A stretch of 29,340 nt of DNA from Candidatus Hodarchaeota archaeon (lineage in GTDB: Archaea > Asgardarchaeota > Heimdallarchaeia > Hodarchaeales > Hodarchaeaceae): positions 1-29,340 of the forward strand of contig JAEOTQ010000062.1 of NCBI GenBank assembly GCA_016839785.1, in the 5' to 3' direction. The notes below the pieces were generated by a model. The model was not told where the DNA came from. It ran no database searches and was given only the letters and a program-made list of their open reading frames with translations. The stretch's first letter is position 1. Every line of letters starts with the position of its first letter. This document shows positions 26,140 through 29,340 of the stretch, one piece after another. The position numbers and the translations under genes are program-made.

Positions 26140-26508
26140 CTACACCCAGGACATTGTTCCCTTTTTCATCCAGAAAAATACCCCAAATAGCAATAGCGCT
26201 GCAAATAAACCCATTACAATCAGGATCGTCGTTTGATTGGTCACAATACGAAAAGAGTAGGCCCAAAGGAGAAATAGAATAGTCAATATATCAAAAACTA
26301 CAAAAACTACTGCAAATGTAAAGAATTGGATATTAAATCGTACTTGGGCTGTACCTATTGGTTTTTCTCCACATTCATATGTTGTTGTCGCAGCTCTTAA
26401 CCGTGGTATGCTTGGTGCCAGAATCAGCTGGATTATTTTGATAGCTATTGGACTTGCCAGACCTGCAATTAAAAATAAACCGAAGTGTGTGATTTGCTCG
26501 TCATACAT
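26140..26508 (-). CDS. nuoA: Complex I/Fpo subunit A
   Basis: YECGE, FVVFD, C-terminal KKG..W. ATG 26508 gives a normal length of about 122 aa, with a TATA-like tttaaa about 40 nt upstream. Confidence 0.92.
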   Translation of the reverse strand: MYDEQITHFGLFLIAGLASPIAIKIIQLILAPSIPRLRAATTTYECGEKPIGTAQVRFNIQFFTFAVVFVVFDILTILFLLWAYSFRIVTNQTTILIVMGLFAALLLFGVFFWMKKGTMSWV

Positions 26509-26794
26509 GAGATTCCCATTAATGAGTGAATTCAAATAAACAGTTGCTTTAAATAACCGATCACGAACATTTTTAGATTTATTTTTTTGATCGGAATCTA
26601 ATCCGTCCATAAATTTTGTTTTATAGACGATATTCCCTTCGAACACCCTATTTATTAATATCTTTCTCGAAATGATTAGAGAATGAACAATAATTAACTA
26701 TACCGTAATAGTTCTGTAATTAGGATGCAACTTGTAAGCGTTGTAAACATAGCATTTTATTATGAGAACGATAAACACTCTTCCTGATGTTAGA

Positions 26795-28234
26795 GTGAAA
26801 ATACTTCTTTTAGTACCTCCCTCAAATCAGGAGAAGACCATTTCAAAATATCAGCTTGCTTTTCTTAACTTTACTGCTCCTCCTCTTGGATTAGGATATA
26901 TTGCTGCAGTCCTAGAAGAACATGGTCATTCAAAAATTAAAATCCTTGATTCTCAAGCATATGCATTAACCCCAAATGATTACCGTAGATATCTAAAACG
27001 TTATGCGCCTGATTTTCTTGGCATTCAAACTCTTACACCCAATTTTGCTGATTCTTTACAAGCTGCAAAAATTGCCAAGGAAGAAAATGTCCCAATTGTA
27101 GCTTTAGGGGGTTATCATCCCACTGCTATGCCTGATGAAAGCCTTCTTCTTGGGAAGGGAAACGTGGATCTTGTATTTCGGGGTGAAGCAGAATACTCAA
27201 CTTTAGAATTTGTACAGAAATATGAAAATGGTCAGGATTGGAAAGAGGTAAAGGGAATTTCCTTTTTAAAAGATATTCCACAGCATAACCCTCCTGCTCC
27301 ACTTATTCAAGATTTAGACTCATTACCTTTACCAGCTCGTCATTTACTCCCAATGGATCGATATAAGATCTTTGGATCCGCGTTCCCAGCAACTTCGATA
27401 ATCACCAGCCGTGGATGCCCTTTTTCATGCGATTTTTGTAGTGTATCGGCCTTTTATGGGGCAAAATGGCGTCCAAGATCACCTGGAAAAATCGCGGAAG
27501 AAGTTCGATTTCTAAGAGAAGAAATGGATATTAAAGCAACAGCTTTTGTTGATGACTTGTTTTTTATTTCCAATAAGAGAGTTAAAAGACTTTCACTTGC
27601 TCTTTCAAAAATTAAAGACATCTATTGGGGAGCTACTACTCGTGCAGACAAAGGAGATCTTGAACTTCTAACTTTGATGCGTAAAGCAGGATGTCGATTA
27701 GTTTTTGTAGGTGTAGAATCTGGAAATCAAGTTATTTTAGATCAGATCCACAAAAAGACGACTTTGAATCAAATAGAACAATACTTCGACAATATCAAAA
27801 AATCTCGGATGGATTCTCTGGCATCAGTCTCATTTGGTTTTCCTGGGGAGACAAAAGAGACCATTGAGTCTACTGTGGATTGGATAATTAATCGTCTTGA
27901 TCCTTCGCTAGCACTGTTCACGCTTGCTACACCATATCCAGGAACAGAATTTTATGAAAAAATGCTTGCAGAAGGAAGAATAAAGGAGCAGGATTATTCT
28001 AAATACAATTTATTCTATCCGATCACAGAATTATCAGGTTTAACTAGAGATGAGATGAAAAACTTAACCAAGTTGGCATATAAGCGTTTTTATATGCGTC
28101 CACGCAAAATTTGGCAAAATACGTTACGAGAACTACGGTATTCGATGGAAAGTTATGGTTTTGGACAATTTTTATATAATAGTCAGGTTTTTGCTAAAGG
28201 AATAATCAACATGAAGATCCTAACCTCCATGTAG
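26795..28234 (+). CDS. Cobalamin-binding radical SAM enzyme (class B-type architecture)
   Basis: PPLGLGYIAA and GGYHPT B12 domain, SRGCPFSCDFC, FVDD, GVESG, GFPGET, TPYPGT. GTG 26795 (MKILLLVPP) is preferred over ATG 26762. Confidence 0.92.
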   Translation: MKILLLVPPSNQEKTISKYQLAFLNFTAPPLGLGYIAAVLEEHGHSKIKILDSQAYALTPNDYRRYLKRYAPDFLGIQTLTPNFADSLQAAKIAKEENVPIVALGGYHPTAMPDESLLLGKGNVDLVFRGEAEYSTLEFVQKYENGQDWKEVKGISFLKDIPQHNPPAPLIQDLDSLPLPARHLLPMDRYKIFGSAFPATSIITSRGCPFSCDFCSVSAFYGAKWRPRSPGKIAEEVRFLREEMDIKATAFVDDLFFISNKRVKRLSLALSKIKDIYWGATTRADKGDLELLTLMRKAGCRLVFVGVESGNQVILDQIHKKTTLNQIEQYFDNIKKSRMDSLASVSFGFPGETKETIESTVDWIINRLDPSLALFTLATPYPGTEFYEKMLAEGRIKEQDYSKYNLFYPITELSGLTRDEMKNLTKLAYKRFYMRPRKIWQNTLRELRYSMESYGFGQFLYNSQVFAKGIINMKILTSM

Positions 28235-28239
28235 ACTGA

Positions 28240-28485
28240 TTAAAGTACTAATTTTCCTTTAGAAGTTAAAATATAGGATTTAGATTTCGATTCAAGCTCT
28301 TTGATCAAATCTTTCTGTTCTAATTCATGGATGGCATTGTTAAAATCAGAATCTTCTAAAGTTTGACCTGTTATTTTGCTCATTTCCTGCAATTGACCTT
28401 TTACAAGTAATATATGGATATCTCGTTGTTGTGCAATTATTTCTAAAATCGATAATGACAAGTTAGACAGTTCAACCTCATTCAC
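28240..28485 (-). CDS. Small winged-helix protein
   Basis: ILEII...FNNAIHELEQKDLI...YILTSKG wHTH signature. Confidence 0.75.
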   Translation of the reverse strand: MNEVELSNLSLSILEIIAQQRDIHILLVKGQLQEMSKITGQTLEDSDFNNAIHELEQKDLIKELESKSKSYILTSKGKLVL

Positions 28486-28683
28486 TTGATTTCATCCCAG
28501 ATACATTAGATAAAAACTCTTTCAGTCTTTGAATTTGAGATATTCGTCTCTCGAATTCACTTTTTCAGAGTAATATAAAAAACAATAAAAGGTTATAAGG
28601 AAATATTCATACGACCTTCTCTATAATTCAAAATAGATAACACGATCCAAGATACTCAAGCTGTAAATTAGAGGTGAATTAGG

Positions 28684-29271
28684 CTGGAGGATATAAGAAG
28701 TTTAATTGTCAAAGCAAAGGCCCTAAAACAAAACAAACAAGTTTCAGAAGCAATAGAAATCCTTAATCAAGCACATGAGATTGGAATTACCAATAATGAG
28801 GTTGAAAATCTCGTAGATATTCATAATCAGCTAATGTTACTACACTATCAAAACAACGACTCCGAATCCTTTCAAAAATCCTTTAAATTTGCACGTACTT
28901 TGGCAGCAAGAATTAATTACAACAAAGGTCTTGTAGAAAGTTATATGAATAAAGCTTGGATCGAAACCGATAACAAAAACTTTATTGAAGCTATCACACA
29001 CGCATCTCAAGCTCTAGCGATTGATGAAATTCTAGAAAGCGCAACAGCCTTCACCACGGCATTGTACATTATTTCTGAAGCAAATTATAGTGTCGGAGAC
29101 AGCGTGAAAGGGGACAAGTATAAGAGTCTATACCAACAAAAATTAATGAAGCTGACCGAGAACGAGGAGCAAGTACTTCGCAGTATTGAAGGCTTATCAG
29201 TTGGTATCACAAAGGAAGAAGATTTAGATTCGCGTGTTAAACAGGCCTTACAAGAGCTAGATTCTTTCTAA
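28684..29271 (+). CDS. TPR-like alpha-helical protein, probable CTG start
   Basis: The frame is open for 50 codons upstream of ATG 28834 with TPR-like content (SEAIEILNQAHEI). A GAGGTGA SD sits 6 nt before CTG 28684. Confidence 0.75.
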   Translation: MEDIRSLIVKAKALKQNKQVSEAIEILNQAHEIGITNNEVENLVDIHNQLMLLHYQNNDSESFQKSFKFARTLAARINYNKGLVESYMNKAWIETDNKNFIEAITHASQALAIDEILESATAFTTALYIISEANYSVGDSVKGDKYKSLYQQKLMKLTENEEQVLRSIEGLSVGITKEEDLDSRVKQALQELDSF

Positions 29272-29340
29272 GCTCCAAAATTCTTTATTGTTGGTCATAT
29301 TCAATATCTGGAGTCACGTTTCAGCGCAATGGTCAATGTA

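Noticed and set aside
48-26282. Short antisense or alternative-frame ORFs in the track (e.g. 48-239, 3903-4130, 5701-5955, 7944-8303, 21250-21570, 22152-22430, 25896-26282)
   Set aside because: They overlap well-supported genes, lack motifs, and are expected shadow ORFs.
26509-26646. 46-aa N-terminal extension of NuoA in the ORF track
   Set aside because: It covers the promoter region, and ATG 26508 gives the normal NuoA length.

Overview
AT-rich archaeal core-genome window, probably from an Asgard (Heimdallarchaeia-like) lineage. This is an inference from the archaeal LeuRS, proteasome subunits, geranylgeranyl reductase, GGTGA/GAGGT Shine-Dalgarno motifs and TATA boxes. It encodes a TPR protein, an MFS permease, a stomatin/SPFH protein, a cyclophilin-like protein, a metallophosphoesterase, a beta-alpha 20S proteasome pair, leuS, a wHTH protein, Hsp20, UppP plus a YdjM-like hydrolase, a small Cys-rich protein, a GGR, an 11-subunit headless complex I/Fpo-like operon (A-B-C-D-H-I-J-K-L-M-N), a B12-binding radical SAM enzyme, a small wHTH protein and a TPR-like protein. 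The most striking unannotated element is an 8-codon leader ORF (MRYCVLLP, tandem CUU CUU Leu codons) in the leuS 5' leader. It has its own SD motif, overlaps competing RNA stems and is followed by U-tracts, making it a candidate leucine-sensing attenuator in an archaeon. Other highlights are the divergent operonic proteasome pair with a Gln-rich uORF, an in-frame duplicate of the stomatin tail, a triplicated NuoL lateral-helix motif and a probable CTG start codon. I recognised no rRNA, tRNA, CRISPR array or mobile element.
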